Source: Phallusia mammillata (Eukaryota). From it: 64,000 nt of DNA. Of this stretch, positions 12,998 to 27,900 are shown in pieces; the stretch's first letter is position 1, and each line of letters begins with the position of its first letter. The stretch lies in assembly GCA_965637545.1 (NCBI GenBank), contig OZ281494.1, forward strand, positions 22,878,001-22,942,000, written 5' to 3'. Below the pieces are notes generated by a model. That model had not been told where the DNA came from, did not search any database, and saw only the letters and a list, made by a program, of their open reading frames with translations. Both the position numbers and the translations under genes were made by a program.

Positions 12998-15900
12998 TCA
13001 GTTTTCGTCTAAATAAATACAAAATGCTGAATTGGTTCCTACACAGTTAATTTTTTTTGTAATTGATAAACATCAATGAGTTTTAAACAACCTTTGGTCT
13101 CTTTAGTGACTTTCAGTTTTCCCCAAGAAGCCGCTCGATTCCTTACAATCGAATCCGAATGAGATGATGAATCAATGAACTCTACAAATACCATACATAG
13201 CTTTTATGCAAAATAATTCGAATTTAACGCACTGATAACATATATTAAGCAGTGGTGGAATTTAACTGGTTCGTTGGAATGCATTTTGATAAATATATAT
13301 TAACAAACGCATGTTTAGGCCCATGTGGCACTTCGAACACTGCATTGCCTGGTCAATATAGCATGCTACTAGTAGTACAACCTGTTTATAAACAGTTTTA
13401 AACCCACGACTGCACTAAGGTTCACGTATACACAGGAGGACCATTAACAAAGCACACACAGAAGTTTGATTTTAAAAGTACAATAAAAACATGCAGTAAA
13501 AGAATATCAGGAAAAAAAATGATTTTTTTACCTGACATTGGTCGGGATTTTCCTTCCTTTAACAAACCTGAAGTAATTAGAAACAACCACGATCAGTTAA
13601 GCCACAACACTGAATTACTTACAATGACGACACACAACAAATCGTGCACGTAAAAATTTAAACAAAATTGTTACCTGATTTCAGGAAGGAGGGTTTGGGT
13701 TTGGTTGGCAGAGGCGGGGGCTTTCCCTTACCACCAATTGGGGGTTTAAGAGCAACTGTGTAGAATAAATAATAGAATACATTAAACAAACAAAAACAAT
13801 TTAACATGATTGTTTTTAAATTGTATTGCATATGATAAATGGAAAATTAATTTTACGAAACTACCTAAAAAATGTTAGCAGGATAGTAGAAACTCCCACT
13901 AAATTAAATGTTAGTAATGGACTAGGTTTTTTGGGCTTACCCTTTTTTTCTGGTTCAGGTTTTTCACTCCCTGAAACAGAAAAGGTGAAGTTTAGAATTT
14001 AGATTTCATGCTATTCGCTTTTCAATAGTGTGAAAAAAAGTTTGATAGTAAGCTAGCCCATGAAAATACAAGGTTAATATTTATACATTGATCTAATTTA
14101 AAATGCACCTTTGTGGTCTTTGTGATGTAGGGAAATCCCCCATTTTTTCAAAGGAGAAACTTTTTCATCACTAGGTGGCACCTTGCTGTTATTGTTGTTT
14201 ACGTTTGGCGAATGGCGGGGTGAAGTTTTGCGAAGCAATTCGGGACCAATGGAAGCTTCCCCTCCATTTGTGGAATCTTTTGCTGGGGATTTTGGGTCAT
14301 CTGATTCTGCCTGAATTATAGTTGTAATTTTGAAAACAGTTTTGGTCACAGGTTTTAAGTCAATAAATTTTTGCCCCGGCATTAATGTACTACATCCCAT
14401 ATAAGGAGTAAGATGATAGGGTATTCAGATACACATTTGCATTTCAAATAATCAGTCAATAATGTAACATGAAGTTTTTATTGCAAGTTTAAAACTCCTT
14501 GCATTACAATCAACTTCAAAAATTTTAAATTGAAAATTAATTTGACATGTTAAACTTAAAACCAACGTCTAGTAAACGTTTATATGGCAAATCAAATGTA
14601 AACTTACATATTTGTCTAAAACAGAAAATACAAACGAAATCCAATCAGTTTATTTCCTCCCATCTAGAAACTCACTTTTTTGTTGAGTTTTCTCTGTTTC
14701 ATCTCAGCGAAGAGATTATTTCCGAATCCCATTCCAGGCATAACCATTGCACCCTTGGGTCTTCTAGCAGGAGTAGGTTTCTGATCGTCAGGCACTGCAC
14801 TAGGTGAGGAGGGATCTGCCTCCTGACAATTAAATTTACATGTTTCAGATATTTTCTCTTATATGGTAAGTTAAAACTATAGCACTCATAAAAGACCAAC
14901 CAGTGTGAACAAAATTTGTTTTCTTGACACTTGAAATATTCATTCAAGAAGTACAGCTAGAGAACATTATAACATGCAATATAGTTTATCAAACTGTATC
15001 TGACCTCATTGCTTTCTTCAGCAGGTGGAGGTTCTGACGATGGTTGTGGGGAGACAGGCTTCTTTTTCAACATCCCTGGAGTCACCATGGGCATCCCACC
15101 CATAAGGATTCCCCCAGACAGCATTTTGGCCTCTAAGATTGGAACCCATGTTATGAAAATAAAATCTGACATGCCAAATATAATCAGCCACTATTTTAAA
15201 ATCATGACTAAAAGCAGCTGGGTGCCAGACAGCTGATGTTACTAACTAAACAGAGTGCTTTCCCTATCCTTTCAAGCAGTGGGTTACTGGTCTCAAGCCT
15301 TAAAGGGTCAAAAAGTTAATCAACACATTTTGGAAAAAATCACAGTAAGCATTCAAACTAAATTGTCCCATATTGCATAAAAACAAGCATGAACTTTTTT
15401 AAAAAAATTTTCACCAGCGGACAATAATACAAAAATCTTACTTTTCTCCTCTTGCTTATCTTTTTCTTTAAGCTTCTCCTCTTCAGTTCGAGTTGGGGTC
15501 ACCGAGAAATCAGTGTTACTGACACTAAGAAAACATAAAAGGAACCATTTAAACTCAAGTGAAATGCAAGCATGATATAGCTATGTGTACAACTTGAAGA
15601 CCAGCTTTTTTGTTAAACAACAAAAATAGATTGGATAACATTATAAATGTTACCAATGGCAGCTGAAATTAAAGTGGGACTAAATTTAGGCAATTTATAA
15701 TAAAAAAAATTTTTGATTTATAAAAAACGTTTTCAAATTTTACAAAAATATTTAAAATGGTTAGTCAGTGCGGGTTAGTAAAAGGTAAAACAAATGTATT
15801 TTGTTTAAATAATGTAAAATATTTTTTGCAAAATTACAGCTTCACATTTCAGGTAACAATCCTGAATTGTGCTTGTTGCAAAATCTGCTGTAAACACACA

Positions 15901-18900
15901 GTACCCTTTTATCCATGGAGGTAAACTTGGAAAAGGAATATCTGGAATGCTGCCAGTTCAACATTTGTGCATTTAACTTCAAACGTACTTTTCAACAGGA
16001 ATTAAACAAACATAATGTTTTTTAAGAGACATATAGCAGAAGGCTTTATTTTAAAACAAAATTTTGAATTTTGCTCAAACACAAACTGAGTTATTTACTA
16101 ACATCACTGATACAAATATATACTGTATTTAGTCAATTCATTATAAACAGGTGAAACAGGTATTTGTTACAAAACCAAACATAAGTCTTTACACATTTCA
16201 TAAAGCTACTAAAGCCAATAGACACAGGACATGTCAGTAAGCATGACAACTTACTCGCTAGTAAAGAAGTCATCAACTTTTTCCTGCTCTACTTCAGGTT
16301 TCTTTGTAGGTGGACGACGGGTACGACGATTTGGAGCACGGGCTCTTGTCTGTAACACAATTGGAATAAAATATTTCAAAACACAAAACTACTTTCTGTG
16401 GAATTTAAAGCCTACAATAGTTTGCTAAAATCTAAGTAGTGGAATTCTCATGTTTTTGTGAGAAGTATAAGACAAACATACTTTTGTGACATGATCAAGT
16501 TTTGGGTGTGAGTCTGTGTCAGGAAGATCGATTTCCACAGCAGGGGACGGGGCAGGCGGTGTAACCTCAACTCCATCGGTTGTATCTAAAAACACACATT
16601 TCAGGATTCCTGTTCACATTTAGAAAACAATATCTTTATTTTGATAAATCTGCATTAAAACAAATACAAATGCCCCAAAAAGGTAAATGTCTATGTATCC
16701 ACACCACACTAGTCCAAAATACTACATAATGAAAAAAATGCTTAACTTGTGTTAATTAGGTATACATAGTTTTTTACAAAAGTTTAAGAATGCTGATGAA
16801 AGTTTCATTTTTAGGATGCAGATAAGTTGGTACACCTACCTTTTTCATCAGACTTTTGATCTTCTGCAGCTTCCACTGAGGTTTTATCTTCTGTTTTAGG
16901 TTCTTCAACCTTTTCTTCTTGTTTAGTATCCTTTTGCTCTGCTACCACCTCATCCACTTGCTTGCTTTCAACTTCTTCATTACTCTTCTTCTTCTTTCCT
17001 GGTTCTTTCTTTTTCTCCTTTTTCTTCTTTTCTTCTTTTTTCTTTGGGGTCTTTTCTGCCTCTGGAGCAACTTCTGTTTTTTCCTCCTGTTCCTGTTTTG
17101 ATGTCTTCTCCTCTTCAAGCCGTTTCTGCATCTTTCGCTCCTTTACTTTATCATTGGAGTAAGGATCATAAACATCGGGTCCAAAGTCAGTGATCTTCTT
17201 GGCCTCATCCTCTTCAGCCGGGGTCTTGGGTTTCGAGCCAGGGATTGGAGGTAGATCTCCGAGCTGGTGACCCTTATTTCCATTTTCCTCTAAAAATTAA
17301 TAAGCCAAAATGTTTTAACAGATTAAGCAACTCTTGCCAAACTCATTTATCACTAATAAACATGTCAGTAAAAGTTATCAACTTAACAAATAATTGTAAA
17401 CTACATGAACATTTTCTTTAAAAAAATATAAATTTCTTGTACTTTAAATACAATTATTCAAATACTGTCATGCTTGAATGTTACATTTAGAAAACTACAA
17501 AACGGACTTCTTTGCCTGCTCATTAAATACAACAGCAAAAGACCGAAAGCAAACTAAACAAAACCAAGTTCTAGCAAATCAGTTATCCAATGTGACAAAG
17601 TAAACAAGAGTTCCGTTTCTAAATTGACACAAATATCGACAAGAACATATACAGATAAAATACAAAATACATTACTACAACCTTGCTCGATTAATACCAC
17701 CAAATCAGTGTTCTCATATTCCACAACTACACCTGCACCACAAGCATTCCCCGTTTTCATTGTTCTTCAACATTTACTAACTTACACAAGAATCTGAACC
17801 CATAGGTGACGCGCATTGTGACGACACAACGCAAAGATCTATAAATGTTCTATCCTCCAAATCCCTCCTAACAGGCTGTACTGCTGAACTAGACAGACAA
17901 ACGGTGTTTACCTTCGAAATACGGTCAAATGACGATGCTAAGCGTTCCTATTGTTTGCTAAATGGGGAATTTTGTTGAAGCGAGACAACGTGAAAAAGTG
18001 AGACGAACGGCGACTACCAACAAAATATTTTAGTCAAGTGGAGCAGCCATGACGCTTTCCAGACCCAATAAAAACACGCTGGAACAAGTAGCATTTAGAA
18101 CCAAGCTAAGGTTCGTTTTGAGGAATAACTTTTAAAATTGGCACCAGAAAGAATAGAAAATACGTTAAAATAGTGGGCAATTCATTTTTGAACGTCGTTT
18201 TAAAGTGACTTTAAAGTTCAAAAAACAAAACAAAACTGATTGACAATTAGTCCTACATCACAAACTAGCGTTAGTTAATTAAAAACATTTTGTTTCTATA
18301 TTATTCACATACAAATATAACCAGAACGAAGTTGGTTAGAAAACCTCCGACGCGCACAAACTCCTTGATACAACGATATACTTGTGAAAAGCACACATTC
18401 AAAACTTCACCAACGTTTTATCTTACCTGGCAAATGTAATTCCTGCATTTTATTATCGCTGGGTACAAGACTAATAGCGTTTAAAGTTTAAAACGAGCCT
18501 AATGACAGTCCCTAGTGAGGTTACCATGTTCTAGATTGCGCGGGTGAACAGCTGAAAGTCACGTGACGTATGAGTGACGTCACAGCGTGCAGAGAAACTG
18601 ACTTTATTGTGTTGTTGTGTATTCGATAGGCCGTGTGATTGTTTCTTTTTGCAACAGTGAACATTTAGTAATTTTGTGCGCAAATAACGAAATACATTTT
18701 CAACATGGATTATTAGGACGTTGCATGTATATTCTACTTTAGTCAATAAAAAGACTGTGCTTTTAAACTAACAACTTTAGCCGCCGTAAGACTGTGTGGC
18801 TATGCCTTTGAGAACTTGGTATTTCTAAGCAAAAGGGCTAAGCGGCATTACAGCAACTCTTACCACGTCCATGATGAGATATGCACCCTACACATTTCGA

Positions 18901-21900
18901 TTACTATAAAATTTTCCCAATACCAAGTGCAAACAAATTTAATAATGCTAGACACCCAATCAACCAGCAGTATTTCTAAAGACAATTTCCTACACAATTC
19001 AAACAACAGATCCATAACCACATCAACAAGCACCACAGCAGTATATCTAACACAACTATCAGAGAAAAAACTGACCGTAACTACTTGTGTTAACGGGCCT
19101 CTGTCGTCGCTTAGCAACGCTTTGCGCACGTTCTCTGCGCATATCTGGGAGCAGATCGCCACTCGGAGGTTTCCCGTCGACACCAGTTACTGCGACAGCA
19201 TCAGGCGATGGCGAACCCACTTCGGCAGGAGCTTCTTCATCGTATCGCTGCTGACGCTGTGACTGTGCCCCAAACGTCTGCTGCTCTTTGTACTTGCTCA
19301 GCTGGCTTGTCTGAATTTGAAATCAAGTAGTTTTTGAAAATCAAATTTGGAATAACTTTTTTTAATTCAAAATTTTAAAACTGCTTCTCTTGTAATCAGT
19401 TGAGATACACACAGTTTAATCCCTGGTTAATATTTTCGAAAAAGAGAATTTTCAGCAACAGGAATTCTTTTGCCAAAGCAAGAACGGTAAAATCAATATA
19501 ATTTTGTGCACAGGGAATCAGGTTAAAGATAATAAGATCTGTTTTTAAAAGCGCTTCATAGGTATTTAGTTTTTACAACTAAAGTCAGTGTTAGAAGTTC
19601 TGAATTGTAATTAGAAGTCAACCAACCAATCCCAGTTCCAGTAATTCTACCATTCTGCATTGATTTGTTTCGATCCGTTCTAGTCCATCACACATTCTCA
19701 TCACCACATTTAACATATTTTGCAACAAGCCATGTACGTTTGGTGATGTTACGTCAGCGGCTAATGACGTCACATCGGGTTTCACTGACGTCACATTGCA
19801 GTCGCGACGTTTTTGCCTAATCTGACAGTTGTTTCGTTGCAACTTTTTCACAGTTTCGACCTTTTTTCTCGATTTTACACTTCGTCGCTGTACAGCAAAA
19901 CCTGGACTTGATACCGTGTTCATTTTGACGTGACACAACAAAGACTGGTGTGCAGTAGCGTGATTTTAAGTAGGGTGGGAAACGTGAGGCGAATAATTTA
20001 CATGGTAAGATAATAGGGCATTGTTAAGTTGTGCAGGGGAGTTAGTACAGGAAAATCTGCATTGTGTTTTTAAAGTGCGTTATGGGGTGTACCCTATTCA
20101 CATTACCGATACAATGTCACTTGTGTAAATTCACGTATTGTACCAGATTATGATGAGTTTTATATAACATACCACAAGGTAGCTTTTTCGATTGGCTCTT
20201 GTGTTTATTTCCTTAAAGGGTTTACGGAACATTGTTTTGCATGTCTTTACATGAGCCCTTTTCTTAGTTTTAATTATTAATACATGCGTAATGTTCTTCC
20301 ACAGTTGTAATGATGCTGTAAGGTCTCACAGTTTCAAACTTTTGCTAGAGATGAATAGTAATGTTACCGACACTAACCAATCAATACAAGCCTCCAACGT
20401 GTTATATAAGACGTATGTCAGGCATGTTGTCTGAGCAGAAGCTCTTCCGGACAATATGCATTGAATCTTACAACAGCTTATGGCATCGGTGTGACGATAA
20501 TAAACAGCTAGGAAGTGTAGACAAAAAGATAATCACGCAACCTTGCAGTACCGAGGTACTGTTAAAAAAGCGAACCTTTTATATTTTCAGTTATATTACC
20601 TTTCATTTTTAAACATAATAAGTTAAACAGGGGCATAGCAAGTAATTGTATGTTAGCCTGACAAACGTGGTTGGCGTTTTTTTTTACTTCCAGCCAAGCG
20701 CTATTCGAATACATATTTAGATTTCCACTTGTGGTTGAACGAGAGTGTCTATTTGTATTATCGACTGTTATTCCTACCTTTTGTGGCCTGTTTCGTGGTG
20801 GAGGAGCAAATCCAGCATATTGGTAGAAAAGATACCGCAGTTGCGATAGAACTAACCCCATTGCAGTAAACTGCCATTTAAAATGCCATCTTTACTTATA
20901 AATGCCGTGAAATCACTTTACAAGTCTACAAAGACAAGGTGTTACAACAGTGGATCAGCTTCACCTCCATAGCTCAGGCAAATACTCGAAACTAATACTT
21001 ACTAAACCTCTACAAAATAGGTTTCCAGGTTGACACTAGACATGTATTTAAAAACTACACGTAAAACTTTATGTCTCAAGTAGTTGGAACTTTAGGTTTA
21101 ACTGCAACTAAGTAGCCTAATCTGCCTAAATTTAAATCACATAGCCTACGACTCAAGACTACTTTTGAAATTTTGGTTCGAGTCAAGTCACCACACATAT
21201 GTTGTCATTTAGACTTCTGTGACTCATTTAAGTATGCTTAAACTAATTCCTTGTATTTGCGACTTGTTTTTCTCAAGTGTTCCTTTAAACCGTTTTTCTA
21301 GCGTAAAATGGAAGCAATGACGATCTACAAAACAAATGTATAATTGGCACTTTTAGCACGGGATTTGATCATAAAAGCCCGCTCTCGTCTTCTGCAATCT
21401 GTACAAAGCAAAACAAACCACTATCCTGTAGCAAACGATGAAGCAAGACCGTCCTTATTCTTCTTCCTGTGGAGTTCTAAGTACAACACTGACAACGACA
21501 CTCTCATCCATTAATCAGTATAATATCCTTTCTCATTTAAAAAGTGCGCTGTCACAGTAAAAGTCGACGTACAAACTTGCATTACCTTGGTTTGAATTTA
21601 AAAAAAAAATCTTTTTTATCCACAAGCAGTAAGCTATTTTACCACATAACCAGACATAAAGTTTAATCAGGCGGTACTATCCCTAGCAAGGCGTTTAAAC
21701 TGTTTCTGCTGTAGCTACTACCGAGTGATCTACCGAGTGACTCACGACTTTCGAAAACCATACACTCCTGCTAAAATCGCCTATCTTATAACTTGTTTTT
21801 TAACATGATGTAGGTTAACACAAACGCCACTAATACCATTTCTAACACCTGTAATGTGACTTGCTGATACATTTTAATAACATAAACGACTACCATGACA

Positions 21901-24900
21901 AGTTTTTTGCAGGTTGTGTTGAAAATTTAAACCTAACCAATATTGGTTCCAAAAACAATACGCGATTTTCATCAAAGAGCAACAAATATCCTGTCCTATC
22001 CTCACATCATATTCGGCAAACCGTAGAGTTTTAAGTTCCTAACAAATTTTTAACTAAAGTCAGAGTCTGACAAAACACTTAATCTTACTCACACAAATGA
22101 CCTAACAAAAACCAAAAATATTAATCAATTTTCACACAAGATAAAGGCTTTATATAACCAAGCAATTTCACTACGAACCAGTGTTAAAACTTGTCACAGC
22201 ACGCTTTAATAAGACGCTAGACAAGCTAAATAACATTGTACTTGTTACAGAACTGTATCTTTTCTAAATGCAGCAGCCTATCGTGTTTATTTATTGTAGG
22301 CACAGCACCACGACAGGAAGCTGATCGACACAGCTCACGAGCAGACGTCACAACCCCCGGTTAGTGACGTCATAACGACTCGTACCTGTGGCACTTGTTA
22401 TTGTTTGAAATGTGACATATTGTATCTCAAACTTTCAAACACAAATTTAGCCGTTGTTTTTGTTTATGTCTTTTTTTCTTAAAGTGACGTCATATTTGAG
22501 ACTATCAACTCCAGCTTGTGTTTGTTCTTTGTGTTAGATTAGATTGGACATAATGCAGTGCAAATTGGGCTATAATTGTTTTAGTTTTAGTGCAAAGACG
22601 TACCACTTATTATATTTTTATGCTTTCACCACATTTACAACAATTAGTCTTTCTTAAAAACCACTTATTGGCAGAACTATTCGCAAATGAATGCTACGCA
22701 CTCAAAAAATAAAGGCTGTACATGAGTTAGGGCGAACAGATATCGAAAATGATCTTACCAACTGGAGGTTGCATTGAGATAAGGCTGCCAGTAGACTGTC
22801 GGTTACTTTGTCCGATATCAGAGTTGCGATGGAAAGGTTTAACTCGCTGTGAATAGTAAACGTTTAGTTATAGGTACAGTTAAAGCACTGTTAAAACAAG
22901 GGTATTTCCCAGATAAAACAATTGGTTTGTTGATAAAACTTAGCTAAACTTTAAGGTAAAAATTAGTGAAAAAAGTCTTTTTTTCTAGTACAATATGAAC
23001 CATGTAAGGAAAAACGCGTTTTCTCAAAAAAAGGAAGATGAGTCAGACTAAATTTACTCCTGCAAACCGACCCAACTTAAAAACACTTTTGTCACGAAGT
23101 AAAAATGATTAGTTTCACCCACCTAACTTGGTTGACAATTTCAGTTCCCGACGACTGTATCACGTGATCTCTGACGGAATATGCGGGAAGCACTTGTCTC
23201 GCAGCAACCGATTCGGTTAGGTCCGATTTAATTTCCTGTTAGTAACAATTACCAACAATTTAATTTATCCTCGGAAGATCCAACAACGATAGAATGTATT
23301 GTCCTTAAAATTTGCCACACTTCCTGATTTGTGCAGTTGCACAAAACTTCTAACTTTTCTTCGGCTTACGAAGATTGCTGGCTATTAGTTTGACAACGTT
23401 TTGAAGTTTTACGCGTTTGTAGATTATGGTGTTCAAATTTCGACAGCCAAGCGTAAATTAAAATATAAATCAGTTCTTGCAGTTGGTTTAGTTTTAAAAT
23501 CGGTTTGAAACATTGTTCTGAATCATACCTAAGCAATACCCTAAATCCGGTAGGATCGTCTTACATATTTCAAAAAGAGAATTTTTTCAAAACTTGCGTA
23601 CCTCGTATATTTGTGGACACTGGGACTCAGCATTCTTGGTCATCGCATCAACAGTACTCTGTATTCAAAACACACAGGTTACAATATAAATGAAGACATT
23701 ACACACAGTACCACAAGACTGTATTAAACTGACCTTGATGTGCTCTTGCACCATTTTGTCCACGTTCGTTGCCATCTCAGATATTTTGCATTGTAACTGA
23801 CTGCTGGGCCCGGCAGATTTTTCCATGCCAAGACCGTATATATCTGACAAAAGCTGCAAAACAATCAAAAATTGCAATTTCAAATTTTTCATAAGACAGT
23901 TTTACAAAAAAACAGAATTCAAACAAATATATGGCTGTAATCTATTTTTGGTTCCCGCTAAGTTGTTCAAACAATATCCACTTTACCAAACTCATCAATA
24001 CTTCCAGCCGGCGTCCAAAACAAACGAGTAACGAACACTTTTCTGATGGTTATCGAATCAACCTACATGTTGTGATTGTTTCCGCAATTATTACGCAGGA
24101 ATGCTACTTCTTTGTGACGTCATAGCGACGTTGAATGAAGGCATTCCAAATTTGTGCCGAATGGCTTCGTATGCTCGTTATATGAGCGCGGGTTAAAAAT
24201 ATTATGAGTTTGGATTTTGCTGCCAAAACTTTGAATTGCTAATGATCAAATAGAACACAACCCAATTTGAAAACACTCTCCGTTTAAATACATTTGGAAG
24301 GTGTTTTTGTAATCGATTTTGCATGAAACCAACGGCAGAAACCAATGGAACCGATACAAATAACGACATTTTTCAACAATGCTTTGTGAGTCATTATGAG
24401 TTTAAAAACGTTTTATCCACTGATAAACCATTGTGACTCGGATATAGTCTGTTTTTGTTTCAGTATAGGTGCAGTCTTAAGATAAAACAAATAAGAGTTA
24501 GTTGATTTCATTGCAGTCGTGAAGTAACTATGAAGGCAATTTATGGCAGCAAACTGTAACAATGAAAATCGGTAATGCTAAATTGGATTACGGTACTACT
24601 GCAACACGTAAGAACAGAGTTCATCATGCCGCAATGTCATCTGCTGCTTAATAAAGACAACCGCAAAGCAATCAGCAAACCGGTTGCCTAGCAACCTCCA
24701 ATAATTGCCTTTTATGTGTGCAAATCAGCTTTCAAACCGACTACGCTGCATCAGTTCGACCTAAAATCCTTTTTGTGCCTGCACGTTTTGGTGCTAGATG
24801 GAAACAATTTGGTCAGCCTTCTATGGCTTTGAACGATTTGAAGATGAACAATGTTTTACCTCTTTGGAGTTTTTCGCGTCTCTGACCAATTTCTTGCCAA

Positions 24901-27900
24901 CTATGACGCAACTGGCGTTCTCTGATTCGGCATCGATAATCTCCAAGGCGTTAATCACGTCATCAACTTTTTCTGTGACGTGTGAACAGCATATTTTTTT
25001 TAAAAAACACATCCAAAATGATGTAAAAAACAAACCAATTTTCTTCAATGCGTTGGTAACGAAAATTCAAAAATGCTACCAACGTTCAAGTGTTTTTCGT
25101 ACCTGCCACCTTGTCTAGAACTTGTTGTGCAGTTGAAGTGACGACCTTTTGTAGTCTGAACTGTTGGTCGTTGCTCGCTCTGTTGGTGTTGGCATTTCGC
25201 AATAGAAGATCTTGTATTTGAGCCAAAGCAGTTTGAGTCCTTTCCGGGTGCTGCTTCATCGCTCCCATGCAGTCGTTGACCGGGTACGGCATGTACCTCA
25301 GTGTATAGTTTCTGCAAAGTAATGTTCGTGACATCACAGTGCATCGTTGTGTGACGTCACATTAGCTGCACACAGTTTCATCTTTTTTGGTATTTTAATG
25401 TACTGTAAAATACGGATTACAGAAAATGAGGATGTTTGTGACGGGTTAATAGTGGTACGTGACGCAGTGACTTCAAGCTTGCGTAACACACAAATATGTA
25501 CATTATATACATACAAGAGTGCCTGTACAAATGTATCACCACTACGTAAAGCACTTACTTCCCCATGGCAACAGCAAGTTCATGAAAACCTGCAGCTGAA
25601 AGATTGTTCCGGTCAAACTTGAGAATTTTTAGTTTCGAGTTGATCTGAACGGATTTGGCGAGAACTCTGGCACCAGTGTCTCCCATCTGATTTCCACTGG
25701 AATTATCATAAATTTCATAAAATTAATTTTGTGCATTTTTTCGAAATCCAGTGCGTATAATAAGGAAATTGACCAAAGAGGGCCTTCTTGTTATGAGTTA
25801 AATTATTGGCTTTTTAACAACGTTTTCTATGTTTTGCATCTGTCATAGAAACGAACCTTATGTCGAGTTCCGTCAGTGAGGTATTACTACCAAGACATCC
25901 CAGCAGCACATGTGTGTATTCTCGCAACTTCGAATCAGCCAGGGAGAGGGATTCCAAAACCTTAATTAAAATGCAAAATTGTTACCTGATAAACATACCC
26001 TATATTCTTACATGTTTTCTTCACTTACATATAATTTATATGTGTCTACACTACAAAAGCAACATAGCAACTATCAATAAGATGTTAGTGCCAACAGCAG
26101 TAAGCTAAAATGTGTATCATTTAATTTACAGTTACATTTTCAGACAAATTACTACAATAGCAGTATGCATTAGGCATTGTCATATACAGTATATCGTCTG
26201 TGCAAAACCTGTTAACCACTGTTTTTGTCCAGGTTATGCACCACCAAAACAACATTTTCCATTTTCAGTGTTTGCATACAGCAGACTGCTAGAAGTTTGG
26301 TCATAAACTTAGTATTCCACACATTTTTATTGTGAAACATGTATTCGTTAATTTTACCGAGTTTTCTTCTTGAACCAGCTCAACGATGCTGTCCATCACT
26401 GGTCTCATGTTTTTCTGTTTAATCCCTGAGAAGTTTCGGCCAATCTTCAATTCACGGAGTGATTTGTTTTGCTGCAAAAACAAATGTTTAAAATATTATC
26501 TGCAGCTATTTAAAAAAATGCTCCAAACTGTAATGCAAACAATTGCTTTATCACAAAATCAATATTTTGCAAAAAAACAGCATATGGAATGCAACTTTAA
26601 ATTTGCATTATTTTTTGCACTGTTTTATGTTAACATAACATTATTTTTTCACCAAAAATTTAAAAGTAGATTCAATAAGGTTTGTTTTTTATCTTTAAGG
26701 CAAAATACAAAACTGTCCAGCTTACTATTTTAAAACTGTAATTATGCTTCGTTTTTGTTTCTTGTGTGCAGAAAGTGTAGAAACAAACAAATAAGCAAAC
26801 AATGTTCACCTGCAACCAGCCAAAAAAGTTAGGAAGTTCGTTGTCCATAGAATTGTCAGAGAGATCCAGACCCACCAGATTGCGGACTGTACCAATTCCA
26901 GATTGGATCACCTGACAGCCAGACTGCTTGATCTAAAAAATGTCACAGTTAAGTAGAAGGCTGCTTACACTTTTTACATGCATTTCGTTGTCCCATATGC
27001 AAGTTATGTTTTCAAAATTGTAATGATGTAACCATAAACTTGGCCTACTACATGCTCTGTTTTGATCACATCACATCTCCTCTTATTAAAATAAAAAGTA
27101 ACATGTTATTAGTGGAAAATGCTCTCTCCTCCTGTTTTGAATTTTTCTGCATTATTACAATTATTGGACAGTTCAAATGCACCACCAGCTTAAATTGTAC
27201 CAACTGTAGCGCAACAGACATTGGTAAAAAGTAGTTGCTAACAATCTTTTAGGGCAATGTGTACTCTTGGTGATAAAAACAAGGCAGTAACAAACACTGA
27301 CCAGTTGTCCTATTGTGCAAATTTACCAGGTTTTTTGAAAACAGTAAGTTTCTTTATGGAATTTATCAATTAAAAATCAGAGACATCCACATTAAAAATG
27401 AATGCAAAAAATAACAGCATTTTTACCTCACAGCTTGATAAGTTAACTGAAACTTCAAGACCTTTTGTTAAATTGACAAGCAAACCATCCATAATGCACC
27501 TGGGTAATAATAAAAAGATGTTTTAGTGATTAGTGTTAAGAAATTTGGACATTTTCGATAAAAATTTAAACAAAAAAATTAAATGTACACAAAAAATTTG
27601 ATCAAATACAATTTATTTTTTTTCCTGCTTACTTTAGCCCTTCATTTGGAAATTTGATGCCAGAAAAGTCAATGGACTTCAATGCATGGGTGTTTTGAAA
27701 GAACTACAACAAACAAAATTAAATCAACTATATATTGAAGATTTTTCTTAAGTAGAATTAAACAAGATAAAAAAGCAATCTTCCGTTTATTATACCAGTA
27801 AACTATTTGGCAGTGTTTTTAAATGTACATTTTACAACTATTGCTTGTTTACCTCCTGAAATGATGAGGGGAGTGAAGTGTCTTTTTGTTTCCTGTAAAC

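Noticed and set aside
16919-17162. Plus-strand F/L/S-rich ORFs
   Set aside because: Antisense shadows of the KE-rich CARMIL exon.
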